From Podarcis filfolensis (taxonomy: Eukaryota), in NCBI GenBank assembly GCA_964270895.1, contig OZ185450.1: a stretch of DNA of 64,000 bases; one strand, given 5' to 3'. The notes beneath the pieces are model-generated. The model searched no databases, had not been told where the DNA came from, and worked only from the letters and a program-made list of their open reading frames with translations. Positions 40,042 through 52,753 of this stretch are shown here, in pieces. The translations under genes were made by a program, and so were the position numbers. How positions within the stretch are numbered: position 1 is the stretch's first letter; each line of letters starts with the position of its first letter.

Positions 40042-40065
40042 TATTATTATTATTATTATTATTAT
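39991..40065. repeat. Compound microsatellite (AGC)6-(AAT)11-(TTA)8
   Basis: Seen directly; includes a 50-bp perfect palindrome at 40016-40065. Confidence 0.95.
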
Positions 40066-40368
40066 ACATGTGCCCCATCTTCAGGCTTATAAACTAAAAG
40101 TGTAAGACACAGAAGGGTGGGGGAAAGGCAGAGGATACATATCAATTTTGGCAATGGAAAGAAGAAGTCCCAGCGAAAGAAGAATGGATACAAAAACTTA
40201 TGGAATATGCAGAAATGGTGAAACATACTGGAAAAGTAAGAAATCAAGACAACAAACTTTTTTATATATAAAAGAATGGAAATGGTTCATTGAATATTTA
40301 CAAATAAGCTGCAAACAGATAAGAACATTGGCAGGATTACTGTAATAAACCTGCAGTTTTAAAGAGTA

Positions 40369-40624
40369 CAGTCATACCTCGGGTTACGAACGCTGCGGGT
40401 TGCGCATTTTTCGGTTGCAGACCGCGCCGAACCCAGAAGTACCGGAACGGGCTACTTCCAGGTTTCGGCGCTCACACAGAAGCACAAAAATGACATCACA
40501 CGCATGCGCAGAAGCGCCGAATCGCATCATGCATGTGTGCAGATGCAGCGCTTCAGGCTGCGAACGGTGCGGGTTGCAAACGTGCCTCCCGCATGGATCA
40601 CATTCGCAACCAGAGGCGTGACTG
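40369..40624. mobile_element. Tc1/mariner-type MITE, family A, inverted relative to 39107-39327
   Basis: TA|cagtcatacctcgggttac ... caaccagaggcgtgactg; its reverse complement aligns along the 39107 copy. Confidence 0.85.
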
Positions 40625-41930
40625 TCTATATTTAAAGTAGAGGAATAAATGAGTAAATTTAAGTTAATTTGGAACTTGCAGAAAATATAAAAAATAAATT
40701 TAAGGAACCGCAGAAAGAGGGGGAAGGAAGTGGAGTTTTGAAATGTTTAAATGATTGTAAAATTATTGAAATGCATAAAACTGAAAATAAATCATTAAAT
40801 AAATAAATAAATAACATTAGTTTGGGCAATGAAAAGAAACAAAAGTATTGAGTTGTTTGCTGGCAGGTGGGGCCATGTCGATGGCCTTCCTGCACAGAAT
40901 ATTACTGCAACGGCCACAGCAGCACTTGGAGCAAAGTGTTCCTGCAGCTGCTCCTTCTCCAGGCAAGGAGTGGGGATGGGAAAGTCCTCCACTTGCAATG
41001 ACACTCTTCCTGGGTGGCACAGGGTAAGGGTGGCCCTCTGAATGGCACCAGAAGGTGCCTCCCTTCGTACTACAGTCCAAGGGCCACCCAAATGCAACAG
41101 TGCCCAAATACTGGCAGAAAAGAACCCGCAAGGCGGCTTAGCAAGCTCTCTGGCCTATGACCACAGATCCTTTTCACAGGGTGAGTGTGCTCCCCCCTCC
41201 CCAACACTTGCAAAGATCTCCTCCCCTTTAATGCTTTTAAGTCTACGTTTCCTTCCAGTAGCAAGATGACACAATATACTAACTTCCCCTAAGGTACCCG
41301 GGTCTTTTCTTAAGCCTTACTGCTCACTATGGCAGACTTGAAACAAAATCGAAACAACCACAGCTCCTGTGTGCGAATGCTGATGGGCTGCCTTCACTAT
41401 TGTTTACAGGGCAAGCTGCACTTGGAAAAGGCTGTTGAATCCACAGACGTCAGAATCAATTCTTTTCACACAGCTTTATGAGTCAATCTCTCAAACTGCA
41501 CATATTTCAGAACACACTAATATTGTGCCATCAGTTATGAAACAGTAAGTTAGCGCTGTCCAGAAATGACAGAACGGGAAACTATTTCCCCCCTCAATCA
41601 CTTATGGAAAATGTCAGGGGACAGATTGCTTTTAAGAGAGACTACTCAAACCTGATCAATAAACACACTTTCTTCTATCGAGTAAGTCATAGAATTCTTC
41701 AATTCTTCCATTCTGACACAACCTTACTTTCTCTTTATACCTATTTTTATCTTCCAGAGGAGTAAATTAGACATATGCAAATGAGTGTAATGAAGACCCA
41801 ACTAGTTTATTATTTTTTCAAAGAAAAGCAGCCTTGGAAGGCTATAAGGAAGAAAAGTGGAAGAGGAGGAATGGAATGCATAATCCTTTTCCTGGGCGCT
41901 ATATTTTTTACCTCTGTGCTGGTGGACATA

Positions 41931-42172
41931 CAGTGGTACCTCGGGTTAAGTACTTAATTCGTTCCGGAGGTCCGTTTTTAAGCTGAAACTGTTCTTAACC
42001 TGAAGCACCACTTTAGCTAATGGGGCCTCATGCTGCTGCCGCGCCGCCGAAGAACAATTTCTGTTCTCATCCTGAAGCAAAGTTCTTAACCTGAGGGAAT
42101 ATTTCTGGGTTAGCGGAGTCTGTAACCTGAAGCATATGTAACCTGAAGCGTATGTAACCCGAGGTACCACTG
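41931..42172. mobile_element. Tc1/mariner-type MITE, family B
   Basis: Perfect 18-bp TIR cagtggtacctcgggtta with TA on both sides. Confidence 0.92.
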
Positions 42173-42612
42173 TATTAGATACTGTAGTCAGTGTTAAGGA
42201 AGCAGAACTTACAGGGTTCAGCAAAGCTGGAAGTGATAGGGCTGGTGAAAATGAAGCATGGAGTACATCAGTTATAGATTTGGACATGGTCAGGGCACAC
42301 TCTTGCAAAGCAGCTCAAGGGAGGGTAAAGTGGTTACACCGCTTCCCCATTCGTGCCCTAAGGAATGTGAAGAAGAAACAGCAGCTGCCTGGGAGTTGCC
42401 ACTATCCCAGTCCCAAAAGTGTCCTCTCCCTCCCACAGCAGCCACCACAGAGATCCTGAAGAATCCACGTACCCTGAGGGGATCAGATAAGAAAACAGAA
42501 ACAGATTCTTCCAAACAAGTGTTTCTTCTGTTCTACTCTAAAGTTTCAAATGATGCTTATTATCGTAAATTTTATGTAAACAGCTTTGCAAGGTCCACCT
42601 GAAAAAATAGTA

Positions 42613-42860
42613 CAGTTGTACCTTGGAAGTAGAACGGAATCCGTTCCGGAAGTCCGTTCGACTTCCAAAACATTCGGAAACCAAAGCAGCTTCTGATTGG
42701 CTGCAGAAAGCTCCTGCAGTCAATCGAAAGCCGTGGAAGCCCTGTCAGACGTTTGGATTCCAAAGAACATTCACAAACCGGAACACTCACTTCTGGGTTT
42801 GTGTCATTCGGGAACCAAAATGTCTGAGTACCAAGGCATTCGAGATCCAAGGTACGACTG
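42613..42860. mobile_element. Tc1/mariner-type MITE, family C
   Basis: TIRs cagttgtaccttgga / tccaaggtacgactg (14/15 match) with a TA TSD. Confidence 0.9.
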
Positions 42861-43577
42861 TATATAAGCACCCCAAAAACAAACAAAAAATAGTGCAAAA
42901 TAAATTCGTTTGTGTGGTGAATTTTTCTTTTTCTTAACTTATTTAAAAACGGTTGGCGATGAGTACAAGGGTCCAGGACATGCTCTTCCCCCAAGCAGAA
43001 CAAACAGTGATCATGGCCATCTGGAGTCAGCAACTCCCTTCCAAATCCCCTGCACTTTCCCAAAGAAGTCTGCAACCTCCTAAGGCGCATAGCTGCAGAA
43101 GGGTGACGGAGACAAAGGACCATGCAAAATTAGGAAGAGAGAGTGAGCGAGAGACAAAATGCAGAAGAGAAAAATGTGTTTTGTACCTACACAGAGACCA
43201 CAAGCAACATTTATGAAGAGCATCACACATGTTCAACAGACTTCACATTCTTGCAACAGCCCTGCAGGGTGTTCCTATATTGTAGACCCAAGTGGGAGAG
43301 AACAGACACAATTGTTTTCATAGTATTACCAAATTAGTCCACAGAGAAGGCATCATTTCAACCATACAGCTCATGCTCTTAAGACACTCTCCTATGCAGA
43401 TTCATCAGCGAATTTGAAGCACCAGCCTTTTCCTAGCTTATCTATGTTCAGATAAGCCCTTGGCCATTTCTCTCTCCTTCCTACCACCACTGGCCTCAGC
43501 AGCACTCAGAGTGGCCATCAGCACCACAACCCAGTCTACCAATAAAACACATACAAACATACAAACAAACAATATAA

Positions 43578-43945
43578 GGGAGTGGGTGGTGCAGTGGTCT
43601 AAACCACTGAGCCACTTGGGCTTGCTGATCAGAAGGCTGGAAGTTCGAATCAGCGTGATGGGGTGAGCTTCTGTTGCTCTGTCCCAGCTTCTGCCAACCT
43701 AGCAGTTCAAAAGCACACCAGTGCAAGTAGATAAAAAGGTACCATTGTGGCGGGAAGGTAAACAGCATTTCTGTGCACTCTGGCACTCGTCACGTTGCGC
43801 CAAAATCAGTTTAGTCATGCTGGCCACATGACCCGGAAAGCTGTCTGCGGATAAATGCCAACTCCCTCGGCCTGAAAAGCAAGATGAGCACCATACCCCA
43901 TATTCGCCTTTAACTGGACTTAACCACCCAGGGGTCCTTTACCTA
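43578..43945 (+). mobile_element. Sauria SINE, near full length
   Basis: gggtggtgcagtggtctaaaccactgagcc...gttcgaatc...gcaagtagataaaaaggtacc...ggccacatgacccggaaagctgtct...ggggtcctttacct. Confidence 0.92.
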
Positions 43946-45274
43946 CATACAATGCTTCTTAGTGACTCACAGAATAACACAGAAATATACTTCAAGAGAT
44001 CATCTCCTACAACCTTCTAAAAACACCTATGAATTTTGAAACACTTAGGTTCTATATTCCTTCTCCTTTTCCACTGTCCATTTGGAGAGTGCCCATTTGG
44101 AGCTGCTGGAAGCATGTCAATATGGAGTAGCCAGAGAATGTGTTGAGTCACAGACCTACCCTGGGGTTCAGCGGCCATAACTAACTCCCAATAGTTTCCT
44201 CGATGAGGTTTGCTTTAATTAAAACTCCTGCCCTGCAAGGGCTGCCCTCTGCAAAACTTTGACCCTGAATAACACGGCAGAACTCCAGAGAGCCCAGGTG
44301 AGTAGGAAAGGTCAAGATTATCCTCCCCTTGGCACTCTTCTTGCTCTGATATGTGCCTGGAGACTCTGGGACAAACTAAACCTATATAGCCACCTGCCCT
44401 CTTATGGTGCTGGGTTGAACACACTAATTTAACTGGAGACTTCCCCAGTGCGGAGCAAAGTGCATACCTGTTGAACTACAGAACTTGCTTTTTGAATGAC
44501 ACTATGGAAGGACCCTCAGGCACCACCACCACATTTGTTCACACAAGCAGTGTTTTGGTCTTGAAACGTACACACAAGCACCAGAGAATATGGCCATTAC
44601 TGGGGCTTACTGGGAAGATTTAGAAGAGCTGGCTCACCAAATGAGACAAAGAGCCTAATGTCACAGGGCCAACTACAGTGAGCCACATTGTTTGCACTCA
44701 CCCCCACCATCCCAACCCCTTTCTATAATATCTATGCCTCTCAAGATGCGAGCTCTAGGTCACAAAAGGTTTAGCCAGGACCACCAGTCAGCTACAGGCA
44801 TATCATTTTAAAGCAAATAACAGTTAATTTGCTGCCAGGATCCTTATAACCCAAACTGAAGGTAGAAAGTGATTTAAACATATAGCTCTTGGGATGAAGA
44901 AATCCATCTCAGGAATGGTTCCCAAGACTGTTTACTTTCTGCCAATTGTTGCCTTTCAAGAACCCTAATAATCCAATGTAATGCATCATACAGAGTTTCC
45001 CTCCACCCAACTGCTCTAAAGACGCAGGTTGGCATTGAAAACGGCAACTGAATTCCACAACTGGCTGTTCAAACAGGCACTTTGGAAGTACAAAATGTGA
45101 TCAGCAAAAAAGAAGGAATGTCCTAGTCTCATAAAGTATTTCTCACTTTCACATACTTACAGATAAGAAAGCTAGTTGGTACCTGAATGTGCCCTTCAAG
45201 TATCACGTTGGGGGCTTATGATGTGTGTGCATGTGTGTAAATATTTTTTTAGAAGAAGTAGTGTTTCTCTACAG

Positions 45275-45413
45275 GAGGGATGGGGAAACTCTGGCCTTCC
45301 ACACACTGCTGGACTTCAAACTCCCATCAGCTTTGACCAATGGCTAAGCTGGCTGGAGCTGGAGGGAGTTGGGAATTCAACAACATCTGGAGAGCTGCAG
45401 GTTCTTACTGCTG
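45275..45413. mobile_element. hAT-type MITE
   Basis: gagggatggggaaactctggcc...caacatctggagagctgcaggttcttactgctg, with a perfect 8-bp TSD ctctacag (45267-45274, 45414-45421). Confidence 0.85.
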
Positions 45414-46499
45414 CTCTACAGATAAGACCAGCACATTTCCAAGTGTAACTAATATGTGGGGACTAACTTATTTTTCCAGACACATGTGTTATGTATGTAT
45501 ACTTATAAGCCATAACTACTTTTGGTCTCCCACTCAAAAATGCATCTGGGTTTGCCATTCTTTAATGTGTGAACAAGCCCTGTGCATACTGTGATTAGAA
45601 GAGTGTTGTTCTGCAGTTCAAGTAGTGCTTACCGGAAAATACTCTCCCTAACTAGTGTGCTTAGTTTCTCTCTATAGGGAATAAGTGGGCTTCAAAGAGA
45701 TAAAACAATAAGAAGGAATCTGGAACTCAAGTCACATTAACACACAATTCTAAATTCACAAGTAATCCAAGTACACTGCAGAAGAAAGACCAAAAAAGGA
45801 AACTCTCAAGTCTTGAGCTCCATTTTCTCCTCCTGTCACTTCAAGGCATACTTGCTCAACAATCAATCACACCACTTTCCAGTGCAAATTTAAAACAGAG
45901 GTTGTGCTTGCCTATGCCAACAGAATGCATTAAACTTATCTTTAGTGGCTTAAAACAGAAAAACTGCATATCATTTTGATTTTTGTTGCAAACTGGGTTT
46001 ATTGTCACTAAAGAACATTCTGTTCCCAACAGTCATCAGTGCCTATCAGGATGGAGCACAGAGCTTTCACTTGTAATGGCATCCATATATCCAAAGCCTT
46101 TAGCAGCTTGCTCAGTTTTCAAGTTTCAATGAGCTATTTTCTGCGACCACAATAATAGCAAAAAACCTCCCTTCTTCTTGGCTCTGCAGCAATTCAGAAA
46201 CTTAACACAGTCAAACAAATACTCTGTCTTGGCCACGGCTCTTGGCTCAAGCGGATGAATCAGCAAAGTCCATAAATGTCTAGCCAACTTGGACAGACAT
46301 TCCTAAGGCAACCATATACGGAGAGCAGAGATACCAGTATCAGCAATCTTGAATACACTATGCTTCTCAGCTAAAGAAGCTGCTGATCAGCCCCATTTTC
46401 TACACTCTGTTGATACCAGGTGCAGTTCCTTCTTAGGTGCTCAAAGGTTACTATCCCAAACCCTGCAAGAAGAACCATATTATCATGTATATGTTTTGC

Positions 46500-46960
46500 T
46501 GCACATGTGAAAGCCTTTTGAATGATCTCTTCAGGCTGCTGATTTGCCTGTGTTTCAGAGCACAATTCAAGGGGCTGGTGCTAGTTCTTATCATCATCAT
46601 CATCATCAGAATGCAAAAAAATCAATTTTATTTGTAAATCACACAAGCCAGCTTGGCTGCAGGTTTGTCACTGTTAGCAAAAACATCACAACTTCAAAGG
46701 CACTCAGCAAAGGAAGCTGAACTGCAATCCACGTTCTACCCATGGCACAGAGTTTAGAAATCTGGAAAAAATTATGCCTGGTTTTTAAAGTCCTATATAA
46801 CTTGGAACCATAGAGTAATAGAGGGCCAGTGGTTCCCAAACGAATCTCCCCACTTACCACATTGCTTGCATGGGCTGCCACCTGACGGGATGCTATGGAT
46901 GGAAACAGAGAATGGGTCTTCTCTATAATGGCAGCCCAGTTATGGAACACATAGCTAGCT
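46500..46960 (+). mobile_element. Degenerate L2 ORF2 C-terminal fragments
   Basis: Conceptual peptides CFRAQFKGLVLV, LVFKVLYNLEP and REWVFSIMAAQLWN resemble the L2 motifs CFRAQFKVLVL / YKALNNLGP / RAFSVVAPRLWN; interrupted by (TCA)n. Confidence 0.6.
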
Positions 46961-49250
46961 CTGTACACCTGGAATCACCATTTGCTTGTTGACATATGAC
47001 CTAAATGCATTTGTATATACACTCAAAACCCTTATGACTGAGGGGCACATTACAATCCCCTTCAATACTGTACCCCAATTGTGAAACAAAGGATCACTGA
47101 CCAAACTCTAGATGTTCTTCTCTGTCTGCTGGGACTGACCACTCAAGAATCATATCCTCATCTGACCAAACTTAATACTGGTCAAATATCTGTATACAAT
47201 AAAGCGTTTTTAAAATATTAAGAGGTTTGAATGGTTCTTCTCTTCAGCTTTAAAAATGAAACTGCAGATTTAGGAACAGAAATAATATGAAGTAGAAACT
47301 TTGTAAGAACAGCCAGATTATACAGATGGTGCACCCCCTGGTTCCTTCAGCAAACAAGATGGTCATGGTTGATCCTAGGCAGGGACTTTCATCACTGGCA
47401 ACAGCTTTTGTTCCTCTCTTGCCCTTATTTGGTGTCATCAGGCGAACAGTAAGAGAAACTTCACTTTGCTGCTAGGATTACCCATGACTATTGCAAGGTT
47501 AGGGGGCAAACTCCTGCCCTTACTAACAAATGACACCAAAATAAAATAGAAAGGTAACCTACCATTCTACATGGCAGTATTCTGGGATTCATGGAACATT
47601 TGGCAATATTTTACTGGTCAATGGATTGGCTTGCCAGGCCTACTTTAGGTTTTACTCCACTCAAGGCCAAGACATTGGATTAAAGACTGAATATAAACAT
47701 GTAACTGTCCTGCAATATTTTGTTAGCAACCTTAGCAGCTGTAGCATGCTAAATAGCAAACTGTGCAGCACATGCACATGGATTCATAATTACGGGTGCC
47801 AGAGACAAAAGGGATCCACTCCTCTGTCATTTCTAAGATTCTAGGGAATGGGCTGAATCCTGAACACTCTTGGGTCACATCAATGATGTTTTATGAAGGC
47901 ATCTCTGTAGGGCAAAAATATAGGGTCAAAACAGGAATGGGGAGCAGAAAAAAGATGTTCTGGGTAAATGTGAACAGTTGGAGAATTTGCATTATGCTAA
48001 TCCTCCTTTACAGAGGAAAATGGTACTAGAGGATCTTTTTAGGTATTCAACTCCATAAACTGAAACTTTCTAGTTGGATGAAAGCACCACCTTCTGCCTG
48101 CAAGGAAGAGACCTTAAGATCCACAAGATTTAACAGCCTAGCGGAGCAATCAAGGCAGACAATGCTGTTTAAGATGTCGTTCTAACTATTTCAGAAGCCA
48201 AATCTGAAACTGTTTACCTTGAAATGCTTGCATGCATGCATAAAGTTAAATGGAAAATATGATTCAGAGGTGCTTCATAAACAAGTGCCAAACACAATCG
48301 GAATGGAGAAAATGTAATAAATTCAGTTACAGCCAACATACTTCTCAATAAGCCTGGAGAACTTACAAAGCTGACCACATTCTTAAGGGAAGGGAGAAGT
48401 AAGTACACAAAAGAAATCAACTGCTTCATCCTATTTTTTGGCAGATTAGCACACCAACATTATAGAAAGGAATAATTCGGTTTACAATAGCCAAAGGGCA
48501 ACAAATTTTCCTTAAACTTTACAGAAGAACACAAGAAGAATCTACCAGAGCTGAACACCACCACCCTGAAAATAAATGCTAAACCTATACAGATTCTCAC
48601 ATGTAACTGATAGAGGAAAGGAGTGCTAAAGATATTAAAACATCATGTACACTGTATATTGATGTGTGCTTGGGAAGCCATGGACCAAACCACAGTCCTT
48701 TTCCTTTTTAATTTTTCCCCTTGCAAAAAAAGGAAAGATGTATTACAAAAATAACAATTACAAAATTATAAAAAATGCTATTCCAATAGCATCTGACAGT
48801 GTGTATCCCTTTAATTAATAAATGCATTCCACCAAAGTATTAAATCTTAAGATTATGTGTGTCTTGTGTGCAAACTATTTTAATACTCCCCCCTTTCAAC
48901 CAAATCAATAATTATTCAGTTTTCTAATCCCATGCCAATGCAGTTTTGGCAGGTGCTCACAGAAGACTCTTCTCTATTGCTAGAAAGGAACCATCCCGTA
49001 CACACAAAAGCACAGTGAAAATTTCAAGAGTTACTGTATACCCAACAATCACACCTAGCAAAGTAAGATCCTTGAATGTTGCCTACTGAAGTTTCAGAGA
49101 TTTCCCCCTTTAAAAAAAAAAAAGTTCAAAGTACCTTAATGAGAATTGTGATACACAGTGAAGAGTAACATAAAACACTGTATTGCATATTACAGTATCA
49201 ACGAAACTTATTGTAAAAACAATAATGGGTGGTATCTGACCAAGTCATAA

Positions 49251-49326
49251 TAGTAGACCAACTGAAATCAATGGACTCTGGCTAGTATTGGCTAACCGAA
49301 GTCTACTGATTTCAAGGAGCCTACAC
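49251..49326. repeat. Short imperfect palindromic squamate repeat
   Basis: agtagaccaactgaaatcaatggact...gtctactgatttcaaggagcctac folds back on itself. Confidence 0.55.
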
Positions 49327-50479
49327 CACAGCATTGATAACATGTGTCAGGGACGAAGGCTTGGATTCCTCTTTCTCGGGTGATGAGGTAAAGATTCTGA
49401 ACCTGAAGGGGACGGGCATGCATAGCACACCTCAGAGACACTGTTACCTGATGAACCTGTGGGGCCATTCCTCTGCCCAACGATGCTGGACTGCGGTCCT
49501 CTGACTCCGCAGACTCTACTGCAAAAAACCCTGGAAGACCTGAGCCTCTCCAGCTTTATCACCTGGATTCTGCTTGGCATCTAAACCCTGCGTTCAGCCT
49601 GACCCCTGCCTTGCCTTGGGTCCCACCTGAACCTCACTTTGTCCTACACCCCAGCTGAGCATTGCTACATCAGAGAAGCAGGGCACAATGCTCCCACTGC
49701 AACCGTTGGTTAATGCAGCTCCTTTGTTCCTTCAACTTGCTGTGGCTAACAGAACAGCGAGGAGCATGACCATATATTCACATGGAAGAGCACATAGGTA
49801 TGTGTGTGCTCTATGGGGCCAGCCATTTCACAGTGAGGAATGCACATATGACAAAAAGCAAGGACCATCATTATAGCATAGTTTGTGTAAATGCACACTC
49901 AGGATGTTGATGCTGAGTGTGATATACAATAGCTATTAAATAGCTCTTGGTGAAATATCTGAGTCAGAATTGTTTGGTATACAACAATGGTGTCTTACAT
50001 CTTCGTAAGATGGAATTGTATGTTTCTAGAACTTGACAAGTACATGGAAACTTTAACAGTGAGGTCAGACGTTTGGAGTATCTACGTTCAAGGCATCTCA
50101 GGACAACTGGAAGCAAATGAAGGTTGATAGATCTGCTCATTAGTACCCTGAATCTTTGCACGTTTTATGTGTGTCTGAATACAGGTATCCACATAAGCCC
50201 TTAAAACAGGGCCAGAATTTCTAGACATGTGGCATTTTACTTCTAAAGTACTTCATGTTTCTCAAGAGAGAAAAGGGACAGGCACTTATTTTGCACCTAA
50301 TGCACTTGGAACACTAAGAATATTTCACATTTTTAGTTGAAATCTAGATCAAATTTTAATTTTTAAAAAGATCTATGAATTATCAATAGCCCATTTCCAC
50401 GTCATTGGCTCCGAAAAACACCAATGTCTCTTGTCAAGTTCCTTCAAATGAAGAAGATATGGTAGCCATGACCAGTTCA

Positions 50480-50665
50480 TAGAACTTCCATTCTCAGATG
50501 CAGGATATTCCTGTATACTGGTTGCTCGGGGCTAGGGTAACAGTGGGAGGGGGCTGGTGCCTTTCTGACCTACCTGTGGGCTTCCCTAAAACATTTGGCT
50601 CATGGGCAAAGGAAAAATGACGCTAGGTTAGTTGATAGTCCTTTGGTCAGATCCAGGACTCTTCT
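50480..50665 (+). mobile_element. Degenerate L2-type 3' end
   Basis: ctacctgtgggcttccctaaaacatttggctc...cctttggtcagatccaggactcttct. Confidence 0.45.
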
Positions 50666-52696
50666 CAGCTGAAACTGAACGGCTCCTTCTCCTGTCAGCT
50701 ATTAGTGGTCATTCCATCTGGCTGTAACAGAAAGGCCAAATGCCATGTTTCTTTTCAGGCTGTATACTGAAAGAACTGTTCTGTAAGGCTGAACTGGTGC
50801 CTGAGTTTGCCTGTTGTCCTCTTCCCTCTTGCATTATGCCTAACAAACTGAAAAAACTGCACACACAGGGACTGTCATTGTGCAGCGGTTGGTAAATTTT
50901 AGGTGCTTTATGAACTCACGATAGTTGCCTTTTTAAAGCAATATGAATGGCAACTGTAAGCACTGAGATTAATCACGATGTGAGCACTGTGGTATTTCAC
51001 TGAGACAAAGATGGATGAAAAGCCCATCAAGCCATCTACTTAGGTGTCAAGTACCACCACCAAGATGGAACAGAAATAGCCAAATTGTGAACTTGGGTCA
51101 GGCTACAAAAGAGATAGCTAACATGATGCCCTCCAGATGTTGTCGGATTACAACTAATGTTGGCTACCAGTCCACATTTTAATGGGCAGCCATGACTGTC
51201 ATGACCTGTATGTGATTTTTGATAACATGCCTACTATGGAGAATTCTTGGGACTGCTGAGTCTCAGAATCGTCTTAGCCAGAAAGGCAAACCTTTGCAAG
51301 CTCTCTAGGGTTTCAAATGCTCTTGTTTCCCTGTCTTAGGAGAAAGCTATCAAGGAATTGAGCTCACGGTGCCTCTCAAACTGTTAAACCTAAGACTTGT
51401 CATGTACCAGCACCACAGCTCTGACCAACAGCAGGACCTGCAAGGAGACAGTCACATCAGAAAGGAAGCCAACTGCATCTGCAATCCTGAGCAGGTGAGG
51501 ATGTACTCAAGGTGCTCTAGAGGCTTCTAGGTTAAGTTTACTCATTAGCCTGAGCAAACACAAGACTTTCATCAGCATCTCCAAATCTTGCTGCTTACTC
51601 TGAAGCCGATTGTTTCCAATTCCAGCCTAGTACTGTTGACACACAAACAAAAACTCCTATTTCAAAAGGAGACAAAACAACATTAGACAGTAAGTTATTC
51701 CACTGAACCCACTTAAGATGTGGCCAAAAATACCCCAGAAATCTGCACACAGGAACACCAAAACAAACTGAAAATAGCTTTGTCTTTGGAGAAGCCTGAT
51801 TTTTAAAGCAATTGCAGCAACTGGCACTCTTGTTCCAGATGAATACATCATAAACTGTCACCCACTCTCTGAGCACCATTTGTCACCCAATGATGATGCA
51901 GACGGAGCCTCCTGTTCCATGCAGGTCTGTGAATGGTGGCTGCACAAAGTCCTGCTTTCTGGATATCACACACATAAATCAAAAGGAGAAACCTGCTCCA
52001 TTACGAAGTCTACTCGCTCCAAGAGTATTTGGATTATAAGTAATCTTTTGTAACAAAGAGTCAATAAAGTTCACAAGTGCTTTGGACAAGGATGAGTCAA
52101 GCTGCCAGAGGCAATGTTGTGACTGTACACAGAGGCAGGAAACAAGGCTGCAAGGCTGCATCTCAATGAGAAGTCAGGTTGCAGACAGAGCAGGGGCTCT
52201 TTGCAGAGAGCTCTCTTGCACACCTGGATCAAGCAGGATTGTCTTCCCATCACTTCAGCCGATACAGGGAAGGGGGAATCCTGCTTAGTGTTGGATTTGG
52301 GTGTACAAGAAAACTCCCTGCAGAGTGTGCCCGAGCATCCAGACCAAGCAGGATCATGGTCTCACTGCATCAGCCAATCCTGCTTAGCTTGGGAGGCTGC
52401 CTTAAAGCATTTGCAAAAGTGCTGTTTGAAACAGCTCACTATTTTCCTTTAAGTGAGCAGGCAGGCAGTGGCAGCAGGGTGGGGGGAGACTCCTCTCCCT
52501 TACACTGCTGCCACCAGCTTGCTGGTTAAAAGGAAAAGTGCAAGTCACTTCAAAAGGCACTTTTGCAAAGGGCTGATGAGCAGGGATTAAATCTTGCTTC
52601 CTTGGCTGGGCAATCCTCTTCCCTGAGGGGAACAGAGCACACAGCCATGGCAAGATTAAACCCGGTTCTCCCACCCATCAACTGACATCACCAGTG

Positions 52697-52753
52697 ACGG
52701 GGCTCAAACCCACAACCCTGGGATTAAGAGTCTCATGCTCTACCAACTATGCT
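52697..52753 (-). mobile_element. tRNA-Lys(CTT)-derived SINE head fragment
   Basis: The reverse complement reads gcatagttggtagagcatgagactcttaatcccagggttgtgggtttgagcccc; there is no intact acceptor stem. Confidence 0.7.

Noticed and set aside
39860-40105. Poly-Ala/poly-Ile ORF (also the poly-Leu ORF at 62862-63086)
   Set aside because: Translation of microsatellites.
42572-43123. 183-aa minus-strand ORF as a transposase
   Set aside because: It runs through a 248-bp non-autonomous MITE and has no DDE/DDD or HTH motifs.
45161-45182. Possible micro-exon ahead of a GTAAGTAT donor on the minus strand
   Set aside because: No usable polypyrimidine tract, and 22 nt would frameshift.
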